DNA from: Mayamaea pseudoterrestris
Lineage: Eukaryota
Length of the DNA stretch: 64,000 nucleotides
Direction: 5' to 3'
Assembly: GCA_027923505.1 (NCBI GenBank)
Contig: BROI01000032.1
Coordinates: 186,001 to 250,000, forward strand
The notes beneath the pieces were generated by a model. It was not told the DNA's origin. It ran no database searches and was given only the letters and a program-made list of their open reading frames with translations. The position numbers were made by a program, and so were the translations under genes. Of the stretch, positions 53,502 to 63,922 are shown piece by piece. Position 1 is the first letter of the stretch, and every line of letters starts with the position of its first letter.

Positions 53502-54346
53502 TTACCCTTCCTTTCTAATAGCATTTAAGGTAGCAATTATGTCACGAATCCGGAGATCAACTCCAGTCTCCTCCTGATATGCAGCTTTCGGTTGCCCATC
53601 CCTTCCAAAAAAGATAATGCCACCTTGTATTATTCCATCGCCTTTCATGTTGCCGTCAATTTTCTTTTCTCGAATGCGCTGATAGGTTTCGCACATTATG
53701 GAAAAGACAGAAAACGGATTCCAAAGTAAACTCAATCCAATTTTACGATTGCCCAAGGCTTCGTAAAACGTCCAAGTTTGATCACGGTAGATTGGAAAGG
53801 TAAAGTACTTTTCGTTGAACTCCAGCAGCCCATCATCGTCCACTCCCGTCTCCTTGACAATGGCAAAAAGGCCAAATCCATCCAGCAAGTCACCATGCAT
53901 TGCCGCGAGCACAGACAATGTCAATGCTTGCTCGCGACAGAAGAATCACCCGCATCGTCTCACGACGAAACAGATGGATCCGTGCGCTCCGGAATGGTTC
54001 GATATCATTTCTGCTCCCCGCGTAGCGTTTAACTCTCGGACGCGAGCATGTACTGGATCAATGTCGAGTTTAAACATCTGTCATGACACAAGCAGATGAA
54101 CGTGCGTTCAAAAGGTTAGCATCAAGTGTATCTCGCTTACGCAAGTCAGCGCTAGATTCTCAAGTTTTTCATACGCACCACGGCATCATCCAGACGTGCT
54201 ATTTGCATGGCTGGTTGGAGTTTGAATGAATCTGGAACTCCTCCATCGTCGTCGTGATCTTGCTCTTCTTCCTGCAGTTCCTTCAGTTGCTTCTGCACCG
54301 AAGCAATCACTGCCGGCGGATAGACGCCTCTGGAACATGTAGCCAT
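53502..54346 (-). CDS. SELENOU: Selenoprotein U-like / PRXL2A (AhpC-TSA_2) with in-frame UGA-Sec at 53946-53948 (exons 54179-54346, 53502-54077)
   Basis: Exon 2 reads ..GSICFVVRRCG[TGA]FFCREQA..LFAIVKE.GVDD.GL.EF..KYFTFPIYRD..FYEALGNRK..GNMKGDGIIQGG in one frame. The TGA occupies the first Cys position of the family's RRxGCxxCRE motif. Confidence 0.85.
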
Positions 54347-54450
54347 ACTCCTTTGCTGTGTATGAGTGGGCGTAGCTTTGTATCACGATGCAACAATCCG
54401 AATCTAGCGCAAAGGTGAGTTCAGTTCGTCATGCTTTTGGATCGAGACGC

Positions 54451-54579
54451 ATCGAAGAAACGACGCGCACGTTTCTTGGTTTCTGTGCGACATGACAGTA
54501 AGGTTGACGCGCTACGACACGATTACGACAACGATGAGCGATGCGGACTGACCGTGAGGGCGAATCGCGCATAGCCTCG
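54451..54579. repeat. Copy 1 of an imperfect direct repeat (upstream of SelU)
   Basis: atcgaagaaacg..cgtttcttggtttctgtgcgaca..gttgacgcgctacgacacgatt..gacaacgatgagcgatgc..gcgcatagcctc matches 55393-55501. Confidence 0.85.
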
Positions 54580-54900
54580 AGGCTATCCGTCTTCTTCCAT
54601 GACTCCTCGTGCTGGAGAATTGCAGTCGGGCGGATTAGCTTTGATTTTAAGTCTGACTATGCCATCTCGGCCGGAACACATTTTCACGTGTGGAAGCCCA
54701 GTCACCTGCGGAAGATTTCATCCGACGGAACCTACACCAAGGGAGATAATTTAAACTTATAAACTATCTCCCTTGACCTACACTGGTCATTGGTGGCTTC
54801 GAGAGCGGACAGATTGTCGAGACGAAGATACGAGACTTATGAATCAGCTTGTGGCGCGGGGACTCCTTCATCGACAATAGTTTGTTATAGTACATTTAAA

Positions 54901-55314
54901 CTAGAATCGCGCCATCTTTTCCTCGTACTCTGCCGCAATACGTGCCGCTGTCCTTTCAAAATTAAAAAGCTTTTCCAGTGGATCTCCTGTTTGTTCATCC
55001 GTGTTTGTAATGTAAGCAGCGACATCATCACTAGTGTTGGAATCTATCCTCGTCGACAAAAAGAATGGTATATCTTGCGCATTCGCCGTACATTTCTTAG
55101 GTACGTAAACGAAATGTTCCAATACATCCTCGATACTTCGATCCATATTTGTCGTTTGATGAAAGGAAGCATTCAGACGGCCAAGCATGGATGGCCAGTC
55201 TTCTCCGTGCTGATTACGAAGCGTTCCGTCCCAATCAAGCAAATTCCTGCGGAGAATCGTCGCCTGGCGTGTGAAAACAATCTGTTGCTCCGTGATTCCC
55301 CTTCCTGTGCTCAT
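54901..55314 (-). CDS. MED8: Mediator subunit 8-like protein
   Basis: 137 aa. DWPSMLGRLNA..LEHFVYVP..IPFFLSTR matches the MED8 pattern (WPS.L..,..P..L.T[KR]). Confidence 0.6.
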   Translation of the reverse strand: MSTGRGITEQQIVFTRQATILRRNLLDWDGTLRNQHGEDWPSMLGRLNASFHQTTNMDRSIEDVLEHFVYVPKKCTANAQDIPFFLSTRIDSNTSDDVAAYITNTDEQTGDPLEKLFNFERTAARIAAEYEEKMARF

Positions 55315-55392
55315 AATTACTGTCAATGTGTGGACGTTCTTTCCACCGGCCACCGGCGCATAGAGGTGCGTACCGGTATGGAACGGCGACGA

Positions 55393-55501
55393 ATCGAAGA
55401 AACGCGCGCAAGCGTTTCTCGGTTTCTGTGCGACAGTTGACGCGCTGCGACACGATTGTGACAACGATGAGCGATGCCGAAGACGGATGGCGCATCGCCT
55501 C
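55393..55501. repeat. Copy 2 of the imperfect direct repeat (upstream of MED8)
   Basis: atcgaagaaacg..cgtttctcggtttctgtgcgacagttgacgcgctgcgacacgatt..gacaacgatgagcgatgc..gcgcatcgcctc. Confidence 0.85.
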
Positions 55502-55730
55502 ATTATCTTGATTCAGCTTGCTATAATTCGCATATTTGCTCTCATTTACGGAAGTTCAAGGTTTGTAACAATAAGAGAAGAAGCGCAGCAGGACGGGATA
55601 GTTGTAGAAAGTCTACGGTATCCATATTTGAAAGCTGCTACGTATATTGCAGTTGCCACCAACAGCAGCAGCAATGATCGAGCTAATCAACATGTTTTTC
55701 TTCGTCTTATGCAGTTATCATAAAGAAACA

Positions 55731-56495
55731 ATGAGTGCATCCCACTATAGTCTTCCCGATAATCCTGCTACCATGCGAGCACGACAGGAGCAACTCCACC
55801 GCGACATGGCAAAACTTTCCGACGAGTGCGCCAAGGCGGAGCTTGCGTTTGGTCAACCAGAAATGCATTTGGACTGGACGCAAAACTCCATCTTGCTGCG
55901 CAAACGCAGGGCCGAGATTCAGGCCGAGTGGCGCGCGCTGGAAAAGGCGCTTCATGGTGGTGATCAAGCGGCGGCGGCAGCTGAGACGCCCATAATTCAC
56001 GTTGCGCCGCCGCAACCTCCTGCTCGCGATCAAGTAGGCGCACGCAGTGCACCGAGTCCGGAGGAAAATGACGAAGACAATGATGCTGCTCCTGAGAAAG
56101 ATGAAGACAAGCGTCTACGCGCGGATGATGCTGGTTGGAAGGATGTGGAGCTTTTCCGCGACGGAGTTGGTATGGTAAAGGTATACAGCCGCAAAGTCGA
56201 CGAGAAAGACTTTTCCAATATCAAGACGGGAACAATCCATTTGCAGGCGGAAACGACTTCAGACAAGCGTCGCTTTCTGATGCGCAGTACAAATGGTCAG
56301 GCTGTAACGCTGAACATGTTAGCTCCAAAGAGTCACCAATACGCCGAGGAAAAGAAGAAGAACAAGGAGTTTGGAAAACTCACGTTTCAAGGAATCAATG
56401 GTGCCGAAGCTCGCGGACCAGAAGTATTTATTATCAAATGCAATGTTGAATTGGCGCAGCAACTGAGTGCGGAGCTTGGCGGGCGATTGGGTTAG
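55731..56495 (+). CDS. Coiled-coil + divergent RanBD/PH-like domain protein
   Basis: C-terminal VKVYSRK..GTIHL..KRRFLMRS..VTLN..FIIKC..AQQL pattern resembles a Ran-binding (PH-fold) domain. Confidence 0.55.
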   Translation: MSASHYSLPDNPATMRARQEQLHRDMAKLSDECAKAELAFGQPEMHLDWTQNSILLRKRRAEIQAEWRALEKALHGGDQAAAAAETPIIHVAPPQPPARDQVGARSAPSPEENDEDNDAAPEKDEDKRLRADDAGWKDVELFRDGVGMVKVYSRKVDEKDFSNIKTGTIHLQAETTSDKRRFLMRSTNGQAVTLNMLAPKSHQYAEEKKKNKEFGKLTFQGINGAEARGPEVFIIKCNVELAQQLSAELGGRLG

Positions 56496-56671
56496 AGAAA
56501 AAGCTGCGACTACCCGGTAGTTTGATGGAGAATGGCGAAGTCATGCCAAGCATCTATGCGCTTCATGTCCGAGCGCAAATGCCACATGTAGTAAACAAAT
56601 AAGCTCAATAAGTCAAACGAAGCTTGTCAAAGTAAAACCATTAAGCGCAACAAAATTTATAGATAGGGCGC

Positions 56672-59023
56672 TTACAACTTTGAGCGCCCAACAGAATCTC
56701 TGGATTTCTGACAGTACTCGTCGACGGTAACGCCATTCGTGACGCAACGTTCCAGAAGCTTGGATGGTATGAAATGATCAGTTCCGGGATACTGCCTACT
56801 GAGACGTCTCAAACCTTCCAAAAGATTTTTCAGACCGATTTCATGGTCGGCCCAGTACATTGGGCCTCCTCTCCACGCTGGAAAACCATAGCCATACAGG
56901 TAGATGACGTCAATGTCACTTGGCTCCCGCGCAATCCCTTCCTCCAAGCACTTAAAACCTTCGTTAACGAGCGGAAACAGTACTCTCTCTACGATTTCTT
57001 GCTCCGTCATTTCCTTTAATTTGTCGGCGGATGAAGCATCGTAGAATCGATTCAAAAAAGTTTCCATCTCTCGCGAAACGAATCCCTTTCGTCCTTTTCC
57101 AATGGCAGGGTCGTAGTCATACCAGCCTTTCCCAACCTTTTGCCCGTTTCGACCAAGCTCGGATACCATGAGATCTGGAAGTTCAGAGTAACGATGAGGG
57201 CGCTGGCGAGGTATAGGCTCGTTCGAGTTCGACCGCACCCAACCCCGTTCCTTGCGTATATTGAATCCAACATCGTTGCCTGCCAGGTCGGAGAGCTGAA
57301 ACGGCCCAAGCGCCATGCCAAAGTTCAATAGTGCAGCGTCGACTTGCTGTATGGACGGAGGTTTCTTGTCCTGTTTTTCGACAAGGAGCATTGTGGTTTC
57401 GGCTTGGTATGGTTTCAATAGGCGATTTCCACAAAAACCGTCGCAATTGCCAACGACAACACCAATTTTGCCAATGCGCTTAGTCAGCAATTGAAGGACG
57501 GCGACCGTTGCCGGAGTCGTATTTTTGCCTGCCACAATTTCAACCAATTGCATCACATGAGCCGGCGAGAAGAAATGCAACCCAGCAGCGCTTCCAATGG
57601 CGTCCACGTCCAACGTAGAAGTGTTCGTAACAAGCAAAGCTGATGGGGATGTCACCTCCTTCAGCGTTTTGAAAATGGACTGTTTGATCTGCATATTTTC
57701 GATTGCTGCCTCGATAACAAGCTGTGCTGCGCTCAGATCGGTCAATCTCATGGTCGAATGCAAGCGTTGCAGCATGTTTTGAGCCATTGATCCATTCAGT
57801 TTGCCTTGCTTGCATTGCGTGTCAATGGTTGTTTGCAAGAAATCCATACCGCGCTTCAGCGCTTGCTCCTGCACATCCACCAAGACCACCTTGAAGCCCG
57901 CGCGAAGCAATACCAGGGCAATACCAGATCCCATGGTGCCGGCGCCAATGACTGCCGTTTCCACGGAAGAAATATCCTTTTGCAGCAATGGATGATTCGA
58001 AGGAGCTTGGTGGCGCAGCTGTTGTGCCTTGCGTACGGCGAAAAAGGCATGTCGCCGTGCCTTGCCTTGTGGCGAAGTGAGCGCCGCCAAGAACTGCTCC
58101 GATTCCACTCGCATGCCGTCTTGAAACGTCTTGGCCTGAACACACGCTCTCATGGCCGTTAACGCGCCTAGCATGCCTTCCGATCCTAGCTTTGGTAGAC
58201 TCAACTGCGCCATGTGCAGCATGACGTGCGCCTCGGGCAATGATTCCCGACATGTCAACTGCGAGACGCGACGCAGCGGCAGCGCTTCGGCCCACTGCGC
58301 CCATTTTGTAGCGACTGCGTCTATTGTGCATGACTTGACATCCTTTTCATCTACAATGCCATCTACAAGTCCAAGCTGCAAGGCCTTTTTGGCGTTCACA
58401 GGCTTGCCAGTGAGAATCATTGGGAGCGCCTGCTGCAAGCCAATCAGGCGCGGCAATCGTTGCGTGCCTCCAGCTCCAGGAATGAGTCCAACGTGGACCT
58501 CTATCAACGAAAAAAGATGAATGAGTGAGTGAAATTAGCTCGCGAAATTCATATCTACCCATACCTGATGAAACGTACCAGGCAATCCAAGCTTGGCCGA
58601 CGGCAAGCAGACCCGTACATGACAGGCCAAGGAAAGCTCCAAACCGCCACCGAGACAGGTCCCAGCAATGAATGCAACGGTAGGCTTGGGACATGACTCC
58701 AGTGTTTCAATGACATCCAATATAGATAACGACGATGGTCCTTGATTCAAAATGGACGAGAGAGTTGTTGATGAAGAGACTTTATTCTTGCCACTGATAT
58801 TTGAAACATTCGCATTGAGCTCCTGCAGATTTGCTCCAGCGGAAAACTGTCGGTCACTTCCCATTAACACAATGCTTGTCACGCTTGCGTTCCCAATCGC
58901 TTGCTTCAAGTGACTGTCAATGTGCTTGAGCAAGTCTGCTCCGAGCGGGTGGAGTGGATTCTTCGAGACGTCGGAGAAGCGAATGAAATAGACGTTTGAC
59001 TTGGGCGATGAAGACGACTGCAT
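56672..59023 (-). CDS. EHHADH: Peroxisomal bifunctional enoyl-CoA hydratase/3-hydroxyacyl-CoA dehydrogenase (exons 58579-59023, 56672-58500)
   Basis: FSAGANL, GGGLELSLAC, LP^EVHVGLIPGAGGTQRLPRLIG, VIGAGTMGSGIA, TNTSTL, GLHFFSPA; ends in the PTS1 -SKL. Confidence 0.93.
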
Positions 59024-59257
59024 GACTGCTGTTTGTATGTCTTGTGTGAAAGCTACAGTTGACTGCGATACTTGAACGATTTGAAAGAGGTGGTGATTTA
59101 GAATCTCGGCATGGAACGAAAGAGCACAAAAGTGTGGCGACGCAGTCTCCGGCGCGGCGCGGCGAAAGGTCAAACCCGGTGCGATTGAGTGTGACAGCCA
59201 AGAATTTCGTCTCAAAAATTCTCTTCAACTTTTTGCTTTGACCTTGCCTTTTTCGCC

Positions 59258-60424
59258 ATGGCCGCTATTCAGCGCTTGACAACCACACTTTCGCTTGTCA
59301 ATAAGAAATCATGTAGTCAAAGGCGAACTCCGTTTGGTGCAGTCGGTCGAAGAAGGCTGCTGTCGCAGCATCGATTGCAATCGTCCTCGTGCGAGCCGGA
59401 ATTTGCTTCCTCGCAACAGCAACATGCCAATGTGATTGACGTTCAAGAGCTGGCGCAAGCCATGCGACGAGAGGTTCGAGAATATACCAGAAACTGTGTA
59501 GTGAAACCAAAACTAGTTGGAATACTAGCGGATCGGTCGAAGCGCAGCAACAATGCTCAGCAAGAGGAAATCGACGCTGAAATTTATTCGGCCATGATTC
59601 ATGAAACCTTGCGCCAGGACGGCATGGAATACGAGCTGGCGCAATGCAGCGCAACAACTATGACAGATATGGAACAAGTCATTGAAGAAATGAATCATCG
59701 AGATGATGTGCATGGTATTCTCGTCTTTTATCCGATATTTAGGCGCCATCATCAGCATGCTCAAAGTAAAAGACACAGTCCCTATATGAATGCATCAACG
59801 GGCACGTACTACAAGACGCAGGACGACTATTTGCGCGACCTTGTCAATCCTTCGAAGGATGTTGAAGCTCTTGGTATGAAATACAATGCTCGAAGGCTAT
59901 TTCGAGCTCGCAAACAATTCTCTTTTGATCCCTATATTCCTTGCACGGTGCAAGCAGTGCTGAAAATTATTGAAAGGTACCACAGCCATGACAGCAATAA
60001 TAATTTAAAGCCACAGCGCTGGTCGGGCTTGACTGCGACGATTATCAATCGCTCCGAGATTCTTGGTCGTCCATTGGCAGCACTCATGTCACTGCAAGGC
60101 GCCAACGTCTATTCCGTCGACGAGTCGTCCGTTTTGCAATTCATGCCGGGCGGCCGTCTTTGTCGCTGCCACTTTACTCTGGAAAATTGCTTGCAGAAAT
60201 CGTCGGTTGTTGTGACTGCTGTTCCGTCGCCAAACTTTGTCTTGCCAAGCGAAAGCATACAGTGCGGTACTATGGTTATCAATGTTGCCGAACATTCCAA
60301 TGTGGACGAATCTCTGCTTTTGGAGATACCGAATGTAAAGTTGGTGCCTCAGGTTGGCTCTTGTACCGTCGCGGCTCTCGAACAGAATTTGATGCGGCTA
60401 CACAAGCAGCAGATGGGATTTTGA
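59258..60424 (+). CDS. NAD-dependent methylenetetrahydrofolate dehydrogenase, Mtd1-type (FolD family), probable mitochondrial presequence
   Basis: VHGILVFYPIF, QDDYL..V.PSKDVEAL, PCTVQAVLKI, IINRSEILGRPLAALM..GANVYSVD. Arg/Ser-rich N-terminus. Confidence 0.85.
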   Translation: MAAIQRLTTTLSLVNKKSCSQRRTPFGAVGRRRLLSQHRLQSSSCEPEFASSQQQHANVIDVQELAQAMRREVREYTRNCVVKPKLVGILADRSKRSNNAQQEEIDAEIYSAMIHETLRQDGMEYELAQCSATTMTDMEQVIEEMNHRDDVHGILVFYPIFRRHHQHAQSKRHSPYMNASTGTYYKTQDDYLRDLVNPSKDVEALGMKYNARRLFRARKQFSFDPYIPCTVQAVLKIIERYHSHDSNNNLKPQRWSGLTATIINRSEILGRPLAALMSLQGANVYSVDESSVLQFMPGGRLCRCHFTLENCLQKSSVVVTAVPSPNFVLPSESIQCGTMVINVAEHSNVDESLLLEIPNVKLVPQVGSCTVAALEQNLMRLHKQQMGF

Positions 60425-60609
60425 GCTGACAAACTGTTTCATAAACATAATTTTGTACTGCACGTATACTTGAAGTAAACGCATGAATTACGAGAGTCGG
60501 GATGTTATAAAAAGCAGGCTATATCAAGACTATGGTTTTCTACATTACTGTGAACGTCAATGCATCCAGTGTCTCTTAGGGTAACTCGTGCTATACGCAA
60601 AGCCAATGG

Positions 60610-63195
60610 TCAAGTTTGCGCGTCTACCCCATCTTCAGTACTTGGTTGTAGCCTGGCAATGGAGCGTTGAAGTGCAAGCTCGAATAATTCCAAAGCATTC
60701 GCCCTTCTCGCCGCCGCTTCCATTATAGCCGCTTTCTTACGCTGCAACGTCATTTTCGCACTTTGAATCGCCTGGAGGGCGTCGTGCAGGTCACCACTAT
60801 CGTGATTTTGAAGTGCAAAGCAAACATTTTCCTTCCACTCAGGACAACTTGCTTCCAACGCCATAACCTTGGCGGAATCGCTTGAGACTTTCTCAATGAT
60901 ATCGTCCATGATTCCCCGCCCTCGCTGGCTGAGCAATGAAGGGTCCGCTCTATCCAATGGCGTGTCTTCATCGACGGGCGTCTGGCTGCTTCGATCAGCG
61001 TCGACTCCATCAAACAAATCGCACAGTTGCTCGAGTTCGGCATTTGCGCTTGACTCGTCAAAGAGAGCATCCCATTTACAAATGTATCCATTTGCAGTGG
61101 GATCGAAAATGCCGCCATACTCCTGGCCATCGTCGACGCATCTACCGTTTTCTACTCGAACTACCTCCGTAGGAACATTCGAAACATCCAAATCATCAGC
61201 ATGATCCTTTCCCTCGTCATGAGTTTGCTGAGAGCTGGAGTGAGAAAGATCATCCAACTCTGGAGCATCATCTGGATTTAATGTTCGTTCTTCATCGGAA
61301 GCATCTGTATTTTCTTCTTCTCCCTCTGGAATACCTTCAAGTCGAACATTATCATCATTTAATGGACTCGCTTTCTCATTATTTGTTGATCCGCCAAGCA
61401 TTTGCGTCAGCGTTGGTTGATAATTTGGGGCAAACGAAAACATTTTTCGCTTCGCTTTGGCAACTGTTGCCGCACTTTGGCGATTCGACGGTCTTCCCTT
61501 TTCCAACAGTGCATTCATGTCCGTCGTGTTGGGGAGGAAACGGGATTGCTTTTGTGGATTGGCGTCGGTCTTTTCATCCTTTTCTTCAAGTTCCTCTTTC
61601 ATGAACTTGATCCACATATCCTTCCTGTGCTTTTTTAGCCTACGTCGCAACGTATCAATTTGATCTTCATATTTTTCAGCATTCTTCTCCATCGTTTGAA
61701 GCTGCCGCATGAGGGAGCGCTCAAGTGCATCATCCGACTTGGCTGCGTTTGCAGTTGTGCTGGTGTTGGACTCGAACAAACACGCAAATGTGCAAGGACA
61801 ATGTATACACAATGGACACCGGGCGCTGGGCCCTTTTGGTCCGCGCTTAGCGACAGGCTTCCGAGTTGGTTGCTTGCTGGTTTGCTTGGACGTTTTGGCC
61901 TTTATCGATGGCGCTTTGTTAGCTGAAGCCAAGGGGTTTGGTAATAGCAGAACGCTGTCTTGACTACTGTCATCGCCATTGCGCAAAACTACCGTCTCGG
62001 CTTGAGCTGCCTTTTGAGTTTTCTTTGACACTGCTGGCGGCAAACTTGAATCAGGGTCTTTTTCGTGGCTTGGAAATGTCTGTTGTTGCTGCTGCGTTTG
62101 GTCAGACATAACGACCCTGCTAAATCCCAAGTCCGAGTCCTGTTTACTACTCGATTTGCTACTAGTAGTGGCCGCAATCTCACTGGGCTCCTGCATTTGT
62201 GATATCGTGGTTGATTGTTGAGACGAATCTTGTTTTAAAGCAGCTACCAAGGCTGCGCTCTCGTCCGGCTGATTGTCCGCTGCCAACAACCTTGGTGCAT
62301 CGAGCAAAGCAGTGGGTAACGAAACAGATGAAGCGCAAGATGAATCCAACGTTCGCTGCTCTTTTGCTGGGTTCTGTTGTCGCGGATTGTCGACTGATGA
62401 CTCCATTTTCGAGTCTAGTGATGACGACAGCGATTCGTCTGCTTGCTGTTGCTCTGCCAGAGAACGCTTGAATATGGGTTCAATATACTGTGCCATCGAC
62501 GTCTTCTCCGATACGACGTTATAAATACTCGACTGTTGCTGCCGTTGCAGAATTTCCTTTGACTGTTGTCGAATCCAACTCTTTTCCTTCTTTTGCAGTG
62601 TAATCGCAAACTGCTTCTCCAGTGCCCGAAAGCAATGATTCACAGTCGCCGTATGCGGATCCGACTTGTTCAAAAATGCCTCAATCGCAGCAAGTAAATG
62701 AGTTTGCAATGGTCTGGGTGATTCCAATGAAGGAGTAGTAGCATTTTGACTACTAGCTTGTTGCAGTTGTTGCTGTTGTCTTCGCGAGGCAACCTCGGTC
62801 GTCTCGCCAACAGAATCATTGTTTGTCGTAGAATTATGAGATTCTTCAGCATTTTTAACAGAGGCAGCTTCATTCACTGTGAGTTGCTTGCTCGCCACTT
62901 CTTTCTCGACAGCTTTGGATTTCTCCTTGCAGTTGTCGTCATTATCAAAAAAGGCTCGCTCCAGCTGCTTTAGTTCAAAATCAAACTTTGGAATGGGAAT
63001 GGACGTTTCCAGCGACTTGACAATGTCGTTGTACCTTGTTCGTTTGCGTTGTCGCTTCAATTCCGGTGAGAGAGTCATATTGGTCGCTGCAATTGCCGAC
63101 TGCAACGGTTTGACGCAGCGACCGTTCTGCCTCATGTTGGCCTTGGAAAGTTTCAAAGAAAAAGCAAATGTATCTGATTTCTCTGAATCTGTCAT
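60610..63195 (-). CDS. 861-aa putative nuclear protein with DEK-C-like domain, Cys cluster, coiled coil and PIP-like motif
   Basis: AIEAFLNKSDPHTATV..ALEKQFAITL..EKSWIRQ (DEK-C-like); CPLCIHCPC..C; QPTLTQML; RQRKRTR basic NLS-like stretch. Confidence 0.7.
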   Translation of the reverse strand: MTDSEKSDTFAFSLKLSKANMRQNGRCVKPLQSAIAATNMTLSPELKRQRKRTRYNDIVKSLETSIPIPKFDFELKQLERAFFDNDDNCKEKSKAVEKEVASKQLTVNEAASVKNAEESHNSTTNNDSVGETTEVASRRQQQQLQQASSQNATTPSLESPRPLQTHLLAAIEAFLNKSDPHTATVNHCFRALEKQFAITLQKKEKSWIRQQSKEILQRQQQSSIYNVVSEKTSMAQYIEPIFKRSLAEQQQADESLSSSLDSKMESSVDNPRQQNPAKEQRTLDSSCASSVSLPTALLDAPRLLAADNQPDESAALVAALKQDSSQQSTTISQMQEPSEIAATTSSKSSSKQDSDLGFSRVVMSDQTQQQQQTFPSHEKDPDSSLPPAVSKKTQKAAQAETVVLRNGDDSSQDSVLLLPNPLASANKAPSIKAKTSKQTSKQPTRKPVAKRGPKGPSARCPLCIHCPCTFACLFESNTSTTANAAKSDDALERSLMRQLQTMEKNAEKYEDQIDTLRRRLKKHRKDMWIKFMKEELEEKDEKTDANPQKQSRFLPNTTDMNALLEKGRPSNRQSAATVAKAKRKMFSFAPNYQPTLTQMLGGSTNNEKASPLNDDNVRLEGIPEGEEENTDASDEERTLNPDDAPELDDLSHSSSQQTHDEGKDHADDLDVSNVPTEVVRVENGRCVDDGQEYGGIFDPTANGYICKWDALFDESSANAELEQLCDLFDGVDADRSSQTPVDEDTPLDRADPSLLSQRGRGIMDDIIEKVSSDSAKVMALEASCPEWKENVCFALQNHDSGDLHDALQAIQSAKMTLQRKKAAIMEAAARRANALELFELALQRSIARLQPSTEDGVDAQT

Positions 63196-63381
63196 GATGG
63201 TTTTCCTGTATGGTCCTTGGGCAACGTAAATTCAATTGCAACGACGTGCAGTCGAGAAAAGTTAATGGCAAAACGGTTCCTTTCGTCATGGTCGGTTTTA
63301 ATTTCAGTCGCTCCGGTTCTCGATGCGACAGACCGCGCTAAAGATCGTCATCGCTCATTCTTTCGGCACCTGCTTGTCACC

Positions 63382-63922
63382 ATGATTCTCCCCACTACTG
63401 CGTTGCTAGTACTATGTTTGATATCATGTTGTGATGCTCTCTCTCCCTCAAGACTTGCGCAAAAGCGATTAGAATCGACGTTCTATCCATTCGAGCCTCA
63501 AAATGATGCAATGAGCAGCAGTGCCAACAGTCAACCACGAATCGCACACCATTCGTCGTTAAAGGCAGACGAAACAAGTCGACGAGACTTTTTTGCAGCA
63601 TCTTTTGCTGCCACTGCAACCTTCATGGCTTTTGGAGTGGATGAAGCATCTGCAAAAGACGTATCAATGGCAACGTCTCTTCCCACTACAGACAACGTGG
63701 TAATTGCAGCACCCATTGATTGGACCGGCATATTGGAAAAATCCAAAAAGAAGGCTCTCGGCGGCGGCAAGGCGGGCGCCAGTGCGGCTGTCGTGCAGGT
63801 CATGGCGCTCATGTGGCTGCGCACCAGCATGAACTATCAGTATCGCTACGGAGGAAGCCTTAAAGAGGCGCTTGACACGCTGTGGAAGCAAGGTGGCATA
63901 TCAAGGCTTTATCAAGGCTTGC
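63382..63922 (+). CDS. Mitochondrial-carrier-family protein with plastid-type presequence; first exon only, gene continues beyond the window
   Basis: KALGGGKAGASAAVVQV.ALMWLRTSMNYQYRYG..L.KQGGISRLYQGL carrier repeat. GTACGT donor at 63923. Confidence 0.75.

Noticed and set aside
53946..53948. SelU TGA read as a pseudogene nonsense mutation
   Set aside because: It falls exactly on the redox Cys position, the frame is intact on both sides and a SECIS-like element follows, so Sec recoding is more parsimonious.
54790..55440. 216-aa + strand ORF
   Set aside because: Antisense to MED8, non-ATG start, unprotein-like composition.
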